A DNA stretch of 64,000 nt, from positions 1-64,000 of the forward strand of contig UYFQ01000836.1 in the NCBI GenBank assembly GCA_900617105.1, written 5' to 3'. How positions within the stretch are numbered: the stretch's first letter is position 1; every line of letters begins with the position of its first letter. Below, piece by piece: positions 25,901 through 40,400 of this stretch. Position numbers and translations under genes: made by a program. The notes beneath the pieces are model-generated. The model saw only the letters and a program-made list of their open reading frames with translations. It made no database searches and was not told where the DNA came from. The stretch comes from Hydrurus foetidus. Taxonomy: Eukaryota.

Positions 25901-26795
25901 TTTGCATGCAGAATTCCTCATCTCCTAACAACTGCTCTCCAATATGATGAGCAGTCGCTGGTCCTCTCGCATCGTGATGAGCCACAATTATGGACCGAAT
26001 TTGAGAGAAATGAGGACATTCTGAACCTCCCATTAATGTGCAGTACGCTTTCAAGCAGTCTGTTTTATCTTTTTCTGTGTGCACTTGTTGAACGAGACCT
26101 TGTCATTAATACAAAGTAAATAATTGATATTGAGGAAGGGATATCCATTAGGTGGGTAGACTTGATTGGACTTCAAATCAATTTGCAGAGATGAAATGGT
26201 ATTAACATTCTTCGCAGGAAGGATGATCGTATAGGTAACACCATTCAATCTTTTCATAGACACGAAGTAAATCATACGAAGAAGTCATTAAAATGTCTGA
26301 TGCAATTCCAAAAATTCCGCTGATTAAAATTGCAAAGATGAAACTACAGGCAGAAGAAGTAGTTAATAGAAGAACTATAGAATGAGGGATGAAGAAAAGG
26401 TGCGTCAGAAAAATAGTAATGACTTCAGATTTAAGAAATTGTGTCAATTTTCGACATGGAAAACAAAAATGATATCATCTCTTACCAACAACTAGCCGAT
26501 TAGGGTTTTTTGCTTTCGTGAATAAGTTTCTAAGAGTGATGGGGCATCTGCTGTCTCTGTATTCGACTATTGATACAAATATTTGAGTGTCAGGATCCCT
26601 CCACGAATTCGAAGCTTTCGGGGGGTTGTCATCTGATGCACCACTGCTTCCGACGTCAGTGGTGATTAATTTCCACTCCTCAGTGTTGAACACAGCGGAC
26701 AATCCATCTGATTCGAGTTTACAAACTGCCAATTTGACTAGGAGCAGTAGCGAAAATAAGGTGACTGGTCTCATCGTTACACATAAGTTTCTCAT
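19689..26795 (-). CDS. GT60-like (Skp1/mucin-type) N-acetylglucosaminyltransferase with signal peptide and C-terminal TM helix
   Basis: IFVSIVEYRDSRCPITLRNLFTKAKNPNRLVVG; ARGPATAHH...EEFCMQTDSH; WDTALLSMW...AVLST; LWSSSFSFSKCHAEKK; LWTRGYDVYTP; last exons VIKLILLGAPVFVAITVLAAWWVITG-GGTVKHVARNDAKRI*. Confidence 0.85.
25490..25690. mobile_element. Palindromic MITE-like fold-back in a GT60 intron
   Basis: Nested inverted arms AAATCTGATTTT/AAAATCAGATTT and AGTCGAGTTGTGAG/CTCACAACTCGACT. Confidence 0.55.
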
Positions 26796-27763
26796 TTTTC
26801 AAAGGAGGCCGTGCAGACACAGCCAATAACAGACTTCAAAAACTGACAGTCTCCTCAGACAAGGTGGTGATGAGACGTATTGAAATCTTCTAGTTGTCAT
26901 GGACATCACTTTGATATCAAGCAAGCACAGCAGCACACAGCGAAACTCCCGAAATATTCGTTATGTCCCGCCGGAGGGTCCCGGGACATCCGGCTTCCGG
27001 CCAAAAGTCGATCGACATAAGATGACCGACTATTTCATATTCATGATAATGAAGGCACTATAAACTATAAAGTGGTCAGATGAGTATGTGGCACATCCAA
27101 AAATTGTATGCCACTTGTGAAGAAAATGGAGATGTTTATAGCCGATGACATGTCCTAAATGTGTAAGCGAATTCTACTACATTTTTTGTCGAGAATTAAT
27201 TTCCAGAAGACACTCTCCGGGCAACTGAATTTGGTGGGATATTCTCGTTAGTGACAAGATTCAGGATCGCAGAGCCACCGCTTTCACAGCAATTTACACC
27301 ACGCGTGCGTCGGATTGGGTGTGGCCTCGATGCGAAGATTGCCTTTTCGTTTGTTGAATGTAAAGCAGAACTACAGCACACAGTTTACAATCGCATGATC
27401 AACAAAGTGATTGAGAGTTGTGAGCACATCGAATTAAATCTAAAAAGCTGCACGCGTACGATCATGTTACCCTTCAAGATATTTCCCTACCAATTACCCA
27501 AAACCCGTTTCCTTCCCTTCTAAATTTTTGGTTTTCTTGTGTGATAATTAAATCACTTGGTAAGTTAGGGACAGGAGGGCGTAGCTCACAATATATAGTT
27601 GTCCTTTCAACAAAAAACGTAACTTCGGGAACTTGCTAGTTGGAACAGTGAGGGACAATCTTGCCTATCGCGGGGCGTAAGTCGATCTCTATCTCAATCA
27701 CATTTTTGTGCTCTGCTTCTGCTCATCCGCTGCCCGACTGAATCAAAACTCGACAAAATAAAA

Positions 27764-29062
27764 ATGGACGAAACTTCTCCAGACGTGACGATTAAAATGG
27801 ATGAACATATTTCAATCATTGACGATGTTATGGCCGAGAATAACGACGTTCCCACCTCATCGAGTCATGCATCGATTGCTGAGTCAGAAGAGGTTCTGGT
27901 CGATCCGCTTCCCTACGATGGCGAGACGGAGGAAGCTCAAGCAGTCCCGCTCACTACGAATCCAAAGAAGAGAAGGGGAGATGGATTAGTCTGGACGTTT
28001 GTGAGGAAATTTGTCAACAAGGATGATGCCATGACAATGTACTGCAAGCAGAAGTTGCTGGAGAGGGGATTATCGAAAGGACGAATAACTAGGGGAAAGA
28101 CTGACGTTTTCTACTTCAATTGTGCAATGATGACATGCGGATGCAGAAAGAAGTGGAGATTGCGTACCACATTGAGATCTTGCGAATATCTCGAAGAAGA
28201 AACTCCCGAGCCACACACCAATCATGAGAAGCATCAAAGATTTGAAGGCAGAGGAATTTCATTCGCTCAGGAATCAATTGTAGAAGAAGCCCTATCCTTG
28301 AACATCTTAAAACCATCTGAGATTATCAACCATTTCCGCCATGTTACAGCTGCTGGAATAAAGAATGGTAAGCATCATTTCAATAAATGTGATCCTTTTT
28401 ACTGCGATGATGTGTTGAAAATTTTGATGATGAAAAGAAATGCATCGATATTCACATGCAAGCAAAGAGATACACCAATATCTGCCACACTAGATCTCCT
28501 TGCACTGTTCCATCAATTGTATCAGTGCTCCTGATATTACTATAATCACTATATAATTTGACACTTTCTTCACTAATCGCACATGTCAAAAACCTGATGC
28601 TATGAATGAAACATCCTTCTGCTATTGACTTTTGAACTGTCTGTTGTGATCTTCTTTTCTTCTTTTTTGTTCTTTTTAGATCTAAGTGTCATACTCTGAT
28701 TAACGTTTTTTTCATCTATTTTTTCGTCTCCTTTTCATCTTCTTTTAGATCCTTCCTATGAGCCCGTGAACCCTCCTAAGAACATGCAGATTGCGAATTA
28801 CGTACGTTACAGAAGGTCGAAATCCTTAGGACTAACCGGTTCTGCAAAAAATGATGTTCAACGTAATGAAATTCAACAACAGAATAGTGGAGAATCATCA
28901 TCATCAGTATCCAGTGCTGCACTGGCTTTCAAAGATGAGGAAAAGATGGATGACACTGAAAATGAAAATGAAAATGGGCATGAAAATGAAAATGGGCATG
29001 AAAATGAAAATGGGCACGAAAATGATTGTAGATTGAATGATGAAGATGGAGAAGTAGTTTGA
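27764..29062 (+). CDS. Two-exon protein with FAR1/MULE (WRKY-GCM1-type) Zn-finger-like domain
   Basis: YFNCAMMTCGC...WRL...EPHTNH gives a Cys...H-x2-H pattern; PKKRRG NLS-like; intron about 28368-28749 (GTAAG..TTTAG); HENENG repeats near the C-terminus. Confidence 0.55.
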
Positions 29063-29750
29063 AGAGTTATTTTAAATGATTTAATATGCTATGCTATGCT
29101 ATGCTACGTATGATTCAAAGGAGAGCAGAATTTCCTTTTCATTCTTGTCTCCCTCTTTCGAGTGTCACAATGGCTCATCGTCTCGTTCGCTGCACTGTGT
29201 ATTATCTTTTTTTCTTTTTGCATGAATAACGAACTGAACACTCAAGTCTGAATCATGTAACACGGACGAAGTGTGATCATTTTATCTTGACACATTGTAC
29301 GCTTTTTACATCACGCACAATTGTACGTACGCGTGTGTACGTGTGCAAGTGTACGTACGTTCGATTCAAAAATACAATGTTTAAGATATCTGTTGATTCT
29401 TCCGTCCTCAGACCGACATCTCTCAAACTGAATTGCGCAATCGGACAAGATTATTGAATATGGATTTTAATTATTGAGGGTTGTGTTCAAATGTGTAGTA
29501 AACTAAACTAAACTATTATTTTATACAATGCAATTTTATTCAAATGTAATATTGATAATAAGAACATTTTAAACTTAAAAATCTTACCGCACAGCACTTA
29601 CATTTTATGCACTGTCGTTGTTAGCGATAATGCACTGTATGTGACAGAAAGTACACAATTACCCGAAATCTTAGAAAATATACCGTTTTATTGTTTTATT
29701 CTGCTACAGAAAAAAAGAAATCACTTCTATCCATAGGAATGAAAAAGTGA

Positions 29751-29892
29751 TCTGACGTTCTGCTGGCATGTAATACGACACATTGAATTCATCTCGAGTT
29801 CAATATAATTACGGAATACAATCTGATGTTCTGCTGGCATGTAATACGACACATTGAATTCATCTCGAGTTCAATATAATTATGGAATACAA
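29751..29892. repeat. Near-perfect 71 bp tandem duplication
   Basis: TCTGA(C/T)GTTCTGCTGGCATGTAATACGACACATTGAATTCATCTCGAGTTCAATATAATTA(C/T)GGAATACAA twice. Confidence 0.95.
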
Positions 29893-30924
29893 TGGAGATT
29901 AAATATTAAACATTCTGCAGGTATCAAGTTATCTCGAGTGCCATTTGAGATTCGTAGAGGAGTCATAAAGTTGGAGAAAACTTAGTGCTCCATGCGATAT
30001 CGTACGATGCATTGAATATCATATCTTCCACTCTACTGACTAACATTTCCGAATGTCTCGAACTGTCTGTTCATTGCAGTAGATATTATCTGGACAATGT
30101 ACATAGGTGATGATCACATGTAATCGGACAAGACAACGTCCAAGTGAAGTGAATGTCCCATATCGTTGCATCTCGCGGTACGGCATCAGTGAGCAGAGAT
30201 ATCCGGAATAGTTGATCTGTGTCAGATGGAGCGATTTTCATGTTTCATGTCGATTGTAAAGATGAAACAGAAAAAAGGTGTCTGTGTTGTGTGGTGTCTT
30301 ATTTACTTTTAAAATTTGAAACCGATGACAACCTCTACATGGTATGGATGTGTGTAACTACGTGCGAGCATTCTAGTATTCTATCATATCATGTCAGACT
30401 ACTAATCATCAATCTTAATTGCCCATTACGGCAGTGACTAGAAGAGATATAATGACGTAGACAAAAGAAGCAGAAGAGGCACAGAAAGCTACGCTATCCA
30501 TTGAAAACGAAATTGAAGTAATGTTAACAACATTTCTCGACAAGTTAAGTTACGACAATACCAAAGCATCTCCGTGATGCAAGTTAGATCGCACAAGAGA
30601 GAAGAAGTAGGAGAAGAGGAGGAGGAGGTGAAGGAGATTTATCTAGTCTACATGATGACTGCTAACTATATGGAGAATAAATGATAAATGAGAAGGCATA
30701 CAAAAGGCAAGACAATAATTCGTATTCGAAAGTCGTGCAAGGAAAGTGAAGGAAAGGGAAGAGAACTGTCAAATGCTTTGTTCACTATCGTTTTGAGGTG
30801 GAACATAAATGTACGTAATCGTATAGTTGAGTGAATTCAACGGACACTGGGCGGTGCACAATCCGCATTCACTTGCCATGCCTGTCATGGAGAGTAGTCG
30901 AATTCGATGTCGCTGAAAGGGTAT

Positions 30925-31569
30925 TTACAGTCTAACTTCCGCCTTCTTCATGAAAGTTAATGCCATTCTCTCTCCTCCCCCATTGTCCCAAGGATTGGAG
31001 GATTGGCCGTTGATCTTGACCCACAGACGACCATCGAAAGTGTGTCTGCCATGTATGGGTTGTTTCAGAGCCTCAGCCCAGAAGCCCCATCCAGCCCACC
31101 CTGCGGCATTGTCCCCGTCATGGAATTCAGCCATTCGTGCACCGTGCACGTTGAAGTTTTGTGCTCCGTAGCCCGAGCAAATTGCATCAGCGAATATTTC
31201 TGACGTGAGCTTGTTCCCTCTACTTTAGGCACTATGAACAGCTTGCCGCCGGACTATGAGTTCTTCAAGGCGCCCCCAGGAGTCGTGACAGCTGCAGGGA
31301 GGCCTCTAGGCTGTGGTAGGCCCAGATTAAGAATGCACAATCGCACTGGTGTCACCGTTGTATGGGTTGCTAAAATTGTCTGCTCCAGCGAGCACGTAGC
31401 CCTTTGGAGGATCGAGTGGGGGGAACAGGATTTCGATTGGGATTTCAATTGGGGTATCAAAGATCGGAACTCTAGGGCCCTCTTCTTCGATTGGTACGAT
31501 CTCGGCGCTGCTCAGAACAGCAACAGTGACAACAATGAGAGCTGCGATGGAACCTAGAGATGCTTTCAT
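30925..31569 (-). pseudogene. Intronless secreted protein resembling a bacterial domain often annotated 'flagellar hook-length control protein'; frameshifted
   Basis: Signal peptide MKASLGSIAALIVVTVAVLSSA, then NPYNGDT, (shift) LCI...S*SGG, (shift) LTSEIFADAIC...RMAEFHDG...GWGFWA...RLWVKINGQSSNPW. Confidence 0.65.
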
Positions 31570-32783
31570 TTCTTGGATGGGATGCGATGGGATGGATGGC
31601 TGAAGTTGGTTGGTCGAGGTTCCTCGGAAGTTGTAATAAATTGTGATTGTCTTCGCAGATATGTTGGTACTGTTGAGTAAATAGTTCATGTCTTCTACGG
31701 TACCAGTTTGAGATGTTCAACATTGCTTTCGAATACTCGGTAAGCAATGAATGATTTCAGTTTCCAATATTCTGATCAGTAGCTGACTATCATCTCAGTA
31801 ATAGTTACGTTGACTCTGCTAGTTCAAAATTTTGATCAATTTCTTTCAGTTTTCTCACTCAGCATTGTTGCACATGTTCTGATCGGAGGCGAGAAATGAT
31901 TCCTAATATTTCTCACTTCTCATTTGGTCACACAAACGAAACAACGAGCGAGGGTTGCGTTCCGAAAATCGTTGTGAAAAAACGGATGGTCCCGGCAAGG
32001 GAGTACAGTACCACATTTGGTTCCAGTCCCCAGTTCTGGGTTCCAGTGTTCTCTTGAAGGCCGCACACGCACAGCGCTGTGTCAGAATCGCCCGAATAGA
32101 TATACTGTCATGGTAGCTCCAACAATTCCAGAAATAAATTGTAAATTACAAGAAACTCCTCTGAAAGTTGCTTGAGAACAGATAGCGCTGTACTTAATTT
32201 TCGAGTGTAAAATGTTGATATTCAGACTGTAGAAATCAAATTCGCTAAATATTCATGAAACATGTCTTTCATTTCATTTGATTATTTTTAAGTACAGTAA
32301 TTACATTTGTACAACCTTTTCTACAACACTACAAAAGAATAGAATGTTATTTTTCTTGAATTGAAGCATGCATGAGCTGAGACGTGTAGTGGTTACCAAA
32401 TGACAAAAATATAATTACGTGAACGAATATAAATGTGTACACCACTTACATCAGAACATCATTTTATTTACAGATAACTGTGCGGGCAAATAAATTACAA
32501 ACATATTAGTCGATTAGATAAAGACTTCAGGCTCCTCAATTTTTTTCAACTAGTTGAATGCAGACAAGCAGAATATCTTCAGATATGATGCTCTCCAAAA
32601 ATTGTTGTTTGTTTACGTGTGCGTATGTGTGAGTTGGAAAAAGTGAAGATAGGAGTAGGGAAGAGAAACGAGAGGGGAGAAGCGAGTAAAAGAAAAATAA
32701 GAGAAGAATATAAAGGACTGCTAGCGATGTGAAATTCGTGCGAAATACAGTCTGACATGCACGGGTGTACATGCACGTACGCA

Positions 32784-34387
32784 CTAGACATCTCCTCTTA
32801 ATTTTTGTCTCTTTGACAGTCTCCAATCTCTATGTAGTGCAAGCGAAGTTATCACCACGATCGCAAAGTACACACATATGTGCAGCCACAACATGTGAAA
32901 AGCGTGAAGAGGCTCTACACGAGATATTCTGTACGGAGATATTAAATACGGAAATGCGGGTGAAAATGAATTAGAGTACAATGGGATGTAAAATTGAAAT
33001 TGGTTGCACAGATAAGTCGGTGTAACATGATATGAATTAATATTATGAAAAAGATTTTCAAAGGTGCGAGAAGTAAGAATAGAATTAGTCATTCCAATTA
33101 AAATAGAACGAAACCAAATAGTACAACACAACATATATCACTAAAAAGAACGAAATATAAGGTAAAGTAATATAATACTAGATAATACAGTAACTCATAC
33201 AATATCTTATCAATGTACCCGTATGTTTCGAGTAGATCTGCTCCGTGTATCCCTTTGGGGGAAACAGCACCTCCCAGCTCTCCCCAGTACAATACGTTAC
33301 ACCCCTGACATTTATGTTATGTTATAACATATCGTATGATATTATCGTAAGTTATATTATATTATTTTACATTATATCATTTTGCATTATGTTGTATTGT
33401 ATTTCATTATATTATGTCACATCATATCATATTGAATTATATTATATTTCATCATGCTATGTTGCATTGTTTTGTATTGTATTATATTGTATTGATTATT
33501 ACATTACACACCTATAGATTCTTGCTAACACCGTCATTGCTATTACAATCATATTTACTAGCACGTCACAACCTTGTCAATTTATATGATATGATGTAAT
33601 ATGATATGATATGATATTACATTATATTACATCATATTACTTTATATTATATTACATTGATTAACACTCTACATCACTGTCACTTTACATTGTAATGATG
33701 AGATCAAAATAAAGTAGAACGCGATTCGATGAGGAAGAAATTAAAGTGTAATGTGATGGAGCGTAACTGGACTTAATTCAAATGGAGTGAAGTGCAACAC
33801 AATAGAGTAGTAAGGGGAAAAAGAAAGAAAAAAAGTTGAGAAAAGGGAGGTCAAGAAAAGAGAGGAAAGGAGGCTGAATAGAAATCAAAAAAGTCATCAA
33901 GTAGAAGTCGAATTCATTCAGAAGAATGCGTTAAAGATTTCGACTCTCGACAAATCGTCCTTCAAGAGAAATTCCAAATGGAACATCAAGTTGAAGTTGA
34001 AGTTGAAGCACTTACCCAGTAGAAAATGGAGAGTTCTTTTTTAAGACTTGAGTATGATAAGTCAACCAAGAGGCCCGTAAATAGAATTTGGAGGGAGAGG
34101 AGAAAGGACGCTACCATACTCGCTTTAACAGGCTTGAAAGAAGAAAACAACCCCATCACGCTGAACACTGCCTGAAGGATGAGAGATGAGAGATAAGAGA
34201 TGAGATGAGATGAGAGATAAAAGATGAGAAGGATGAGATGAGAGAGATAAGAGATGAGGAAGAGGAGGAGGGAGAAATGAGAGAAATGATTCAAGGATGA
34301 TGTATGTTTATGTATGTGTGTGTATGTAGTGGTCAATGTCCATGCGAGTACGTGTCTGGTGTGTGAGTGTGTGTGTGTGAGTGTGTG

Positions 34388-34428
<41 letters not shown>

Positions 34429-37400
34429 TTTGTGTGCATATATATGTGGTGTACCTTACTGTAGCTTGCTCCCGCTATTTGCATTAAACAAAGAGCACAC
34501 ACAAAGTTCCCCCACACATGCCATTCCGGATTTAACCGTAACAACGGGTAAAGCGTAAATGACGCGAAGATTGGAGGAGTTAGCTTGAACGTGACGATGT
34601 CGGATAAAAGGGAGCAGAGGGGAGAGAATATTGGGGATGTAAAATAGCCTCTTTCTCTTTCGTATGCGAAGATTCTGTTATCAATGTAATCTCCTTCGTT
34701 CCACAATCTGTGTATCAGATAAGTGCATGTGAACACAAGTGATTATTGTGTTAATCTATATAAGTGGTAAAAATGTGATTCGTATTTGAGAATTAGCGAA
34801 TTCATTAAAAATTGCTGCTCACATATCATATCGTACATATAGGTCGTCCTAGACAGATTGATGCAAAATACAAAAAGAAACAGCATACAAAATACAGAAT
34901 ACAAAACTCACCCTCCCAGTAGCACCATTGAAAAAGGAAGCACAGTGAGTAGGGCGCAGCGGTCGTCCATGCTCTCCATTCCCGTGGACTGGTAGAATGT
35001 CATACCTAATCCGGCCGTAACGTATGCACCGGATACGATCCAGGATCCGTACAGCTGGTCTTTGTTCCGGTATCTACGGTATGATTATAAGGGGAGGGGT
35101 TAGTGTAAGTTGGGGGACAGAATCCAACCCCGCCACCCAGCTTGTCTCCAAGTCTTTTCCCTTAACCCACCCTAACCCTAATGTAGCCCTATTCCGGCCC
35201 CACAGTGTAAAAGGCTGATTAGACAGGCTAGTTAGCTGTTCTGTCATGTTGAAATGCCATGTGCGTGTGTGTCAGACAAAGAGGGTGTGCATACTATGCT
35301 ATGCTATGCTATGCTATGCTATGCTATGCTATGCTATGCTATGCTATGCTATGCTATGCTATGCTATGCTAGAGTGAACAATAAACACTGCACTGTACCG
35401 CACTTCAGTACATCGCATCACACTACACTACACTACACTACACTACACTACACTACACTACACTACACTACACTACACTACACTACACTACACTAAACCA
35501 CACCACGTCACGTCACACTACACTGCCCTCCTCCTTCTTCATCTTCTCCTTCTTACCTGATCAGTAGACCCCTCCAAAGACATAGCATCAACTGCTTCAA
35601 CGCAACTGACGGATTATTGAAAGAAAAAGATTGAAGATGATATCGGCTTTAAAGAAGAAGAAAAAAATGACACGAGGAAAAGAATAATAATAGTGCTAAT
35701 AATAATAAAAATAATGATAATAATAATAATTATAATGATAATAATAATGATAATAATAATGATGATGATGATGATCGTGATAACAACAATGATAGAAGTG
35801 TTAGACAATATGACCGCAGAAGGTAAGAAACAGAATAGGGACATGGCAAAATAAGTAAAAGAGTGAAAGATAACTCCTCTCCCTTCCCCTCTCCCTTCCC
35901 CTTCACCCCTTCTTTCTTTCTGTTCATCTCTCCGTCTTCCTGCCCTCCCTGCGCCCTCCCTCCCTCTCCCCTCCCTCCTCTCTCTCCCTCCCTCCCTCCC
36001 TCTCTCCCTCCCTCCCTTTCCTACTGCACATCATATCCCTACATCACGACCCACCTGGTTGCGTGGGGCAGTCATCTTCATCTACTTCAAAAGAACATTC
36101 GCAGTCTCGAGAATATTCCCAGCAGGAATGAATTCTTCCTTGCAAGTATCCGAATACGTCTTTGATATTGCTTAGTCTGTAGCAGTGAGAATATAAATGG
36201 ATATAAGTGTAGCTGTCGTTCAATTTCATATTGTACTGTGTTTCCTGTGTAACATCATACTGCGCTATACTGCTACATAGAATCAATACCATTCTATACT
36301 ACACTATACTGCACTATATTATATTATATTAAAAACAGTACAATGCAATACAATACAATACTAATACAATACAACACAATACAATGCAATACAATACAAT
36401 ACAACACTATACAATAATATACAATACTATACAATACAATATAGTACAGTACAGTACAGTACAATACAATACAATACAATACAATACAATACAATACAAT
36501 ACAATACAATACAATACAATACAATACAATACAATACAATACAATACAATACAATACAATATACAATACAATACAATACATACAATACAATAATATACAA
36601 TACAATACAATACAATACAATACAATACAATACAATACAATACAATACAATACAATACTATACAACACAATACAATACAATACAATACAATACAATACTA
36701 TACAATACAATACAATACAATACAATACTATACAATAATATACAATACAATACAATACAATACAATACAATACAATACAATACAATACAATACAATACCA
36801 TACTATACAATACAATTTAATACAATACAAATAATGCATAATACACCGTGCACTCAAACACAATCCTGCACTAGACAACCAATGATATTCAAAAAGAGAT
36901 CAAATTCTATGCGAAGTTTGATAGTGACTTCCTTAGTGCTCACAACAATTTCAATCTTCATTCCGCATTTTTATATGGAATATTCTATTCTATTCTATTA
37001 TATACTACACTATCTACTCTACTTTACTTTACTTTACTTTACTTTACTTTACTTTACTTTACTTTACTTTACTTTACTTTACTTTACTTTACTACACTAT
37101 ACTGTACTATTCGACTTTATTTTATTTTATTATATTTTACTTTATTCTATTCTATTCTATTCTATTCTATTCTATTCTATTCTATTCTATTCTATTCTAT
37201 TCTATTCTATTCTATTCTATTCTGTTTTATTACATCAAAATGGAAAATGTAAGATGCATCAATAATATGGAAACCTGCAGCAAATTTGAAATTTCTTGAA
37301 GCAAGAGGCACAGTCGTTATCTTCTCCATCTTCTTCTCCTTCCGAGCTGTAGTCACTGCTCATCACATTTATGCCGGCAAACCAAGGTTCAGTTACGGTC

Positions 37401-40400
37401 ACACCCTAAAGTGCATCAGTTACAAATAAGTGAAAACGAGGGTGGAAAAAAATGTCAATTACAAATAAAAAATAGAAGTGAAGACTTGAATAGAATGCTG
37501 GGGTGGAGTGGAAGATGATAAAGTAGAAAGTAGAAAGCGCGGGTAAGGTAGAGTAGGATAAGTTGAGATAAGATAAGATAAGATAAGATAAGATAAGATA
37601 AGATAAGATAAGATAAGATAAGATAAGATAAGATAAGAAGATAAGATAAGATAAGAAAATATAATATGATAAAAGACAATAAAAGAAAAGAAAAAATAAG
37701 ATGAGACAAGGTAAGGTAAGGCAATCTAGAGCCCTATCTATCTCGAAATACGTATGCAGGTAAGTTGGCTCAGCTATTTTACTTTTTATAGCTTTCACAA
37801 ACCGGGAGAACTCTACTCAACTGCACACTAAAAAGCGAATGTACGTGCAGTATATTGTACGTACTTGATTTTCCTCATCTTTGTCTCCTCGAAACGATTG
37901 CTGTCTAGCAGGGCTCTGATTCCCGTAATTCTCAGCTATCTCCTCCTGTGACATTTTTACAACTTTTATTGATCGTTTTTCGAATAATGTATATGAGAGG
38001 TGGCAACTTTAATTTTATTGCAACTTCATGCCGTTTCTACTAGACTACACTACATTATCTTCCACTGCAATCCACCACACCACATCAACTCCCCTCCCCC
38101 ACACCACACCATACTCCCCTCCACTCACCAGTGCGGTCATTCCCCTGGCCCCTCTGTACCCCGGAACCAGCACCGTGTCTTCGTCCACTAAATCCAAAAG
38201 AAAATCAGAAATACTCGCACCCGGACTGCACGTACGTACGGTAATGAATATCGTTTAGTATTTAGAAATTTTCAGATGATTTGAAATGATGTAAGATGGT
38301 ATAATATAATCTAATATGTTGTTAAACAAGTTTAGATGTTATGATACAATTTTAATCGTCACAACGCAATTTAAGATGTTTTTAACTCACCTGGGTGTTC
38401 TTCCCAGTCTCGCAAAGTACGCCACTGCACTACTGCCAGGGCCGAAAAAAATAGAACCCGTCCCTTTGGGAAAACAAGATAATTAGCCAATTAATTTAAA
38501 AAATATAGAAATGTCATTTGTGATGTTGTATGTGTGTTGTTGATGTGGTTTATGTTTTGTGTTACTTCTGTTGTTTATTATTCCGAGTAATAGATTTCGT
38601 TGCAGTATTTATCATTGTATATACTTTACGTCTTCATATATAATAAAGCAGTTTCACTACAATTAACATCATATTTGTGGTAGAACCGCTTGTGGCTTCT
38701 GGACGTTCTGTAGTCATTTATGATAAGGGACTGATAAATTGAAATAAAAGAATGTCAAAAAAGAAAAACGCAAAAAACGCAAAAATCCAGAATGTTTTGA
38801 ACTTCTCACTGTATTTTTTAAATTGTGAATTTTTCGAAGAATTTGATGCCATTAAACTTAAAAACAAAGAAAAAATTAACTTAAAACAGTATTGCTAAAG
38901 AGGATTAAGCAAATCAAATAATGAATAAATAGAAATGGCGGATAACAATTATAATAGATGCTAGTTAAGATATAGTAAACTTACCTTTATTAGACAACAA
39001 CTGTATTCGATCTAAAATAGCATATTCTCTAAAGGTGAGTGACCCAGCTGTGATGACTACTAACTTCCCACTTCTCGAAATCCGTTGCAATGCTGTAACG
39101 ACCGATAACGCGGACTGGGCATCGAGATCGGATGTGGGATGGTCGAAGAATAAGACATCCCTACCCGCTATAACTTCAGTGGCAAATAATACCTAGTTAA
39201 ATCGAAATAGAAATAAGCGACCAGAGAGGAGTTTTTTTTCGCATACAGATTACGCTTTTTATAATCTATTATATACCCAATAAAATTTTAAAAAATTATC
39301 GATAAAATAAAATAAAATAAAATAAATAATAATTATTGATTATTAACAAGTATTTAATAAAATCATAAAAGAGTAAAGATGATAGATTGTAAATGTGACT
39401 AAAACAGCAAATAATGACTACATTGAAATCTAACGATAAATAACGGAATAAATGCTTTTAGATGTATACGTGACAAAGTATGCGTGACATCGCGACTAAT
39501 ACCCGTATGAATAAAATTATGGACGAGGAAATAAAAGTTTTACAGGTATGTAAATAATGCGTTAATGTACAGATAATACAGTAATAAATAGAAATTCTTT
39601 TATGTTCAGATACCCAGCTTAACAACGTAACATGAACATAACACAATACAACACAACACAACAGAATAAACAGCAGTATGAGTCAAAGTTAATAAAGTTG
39701 CAAAGTACAGTACAGTACACTACAGTACAGTACACTACAGTACAGTACACTACAGTACAGTACAGTACAGTACAGTACAGTACAGTACAGTACAGTACAG
39801 TACAGTACAGTACAGTACAGTACAGTACAGTACAGTACAGTACAGTACAGAACACTAAACACTACAGTGAACTACACTAGACTACAGTACACTAAACTAC
39901 ACTACAGTACAGTACAGTACAGTACAGTACAGTACACTACAGTACACTACAGTACACTACAGTACAGTACACTACAGTACAGTACAGTACAGTACAGTAC
40001 AGTACAGTACAGTACAGTACAGTACAGTACAGTACACTACAGTACACTACAGTACACTACAGTACACTGTAGTACAGTACACTACAGTACAGTACAGTAC
40101 AGTACAGTACAGTACAGTACAGTACAGTACAGTACAGTACAGTACAGTACAGTACAGTACAGTACAGTACAGTACAGTACAGTACAGTGTAGTACAGTAC
40201 AGTACAGTACAGTACAGTACAGTACAGTACAGTACAGTACAGTACAGTACAGTACAGTACAGTACAGTACAGTACAGTACAGTACAGTACACTACAGTAC
40301 AGTACAGTAAACTACACTTACGGTACAGCTGAGTACAGTACGGTACACTACGGTACAGTACAGTACGGTACAGTACAGTACAGTACAGTACAGTACAGTA

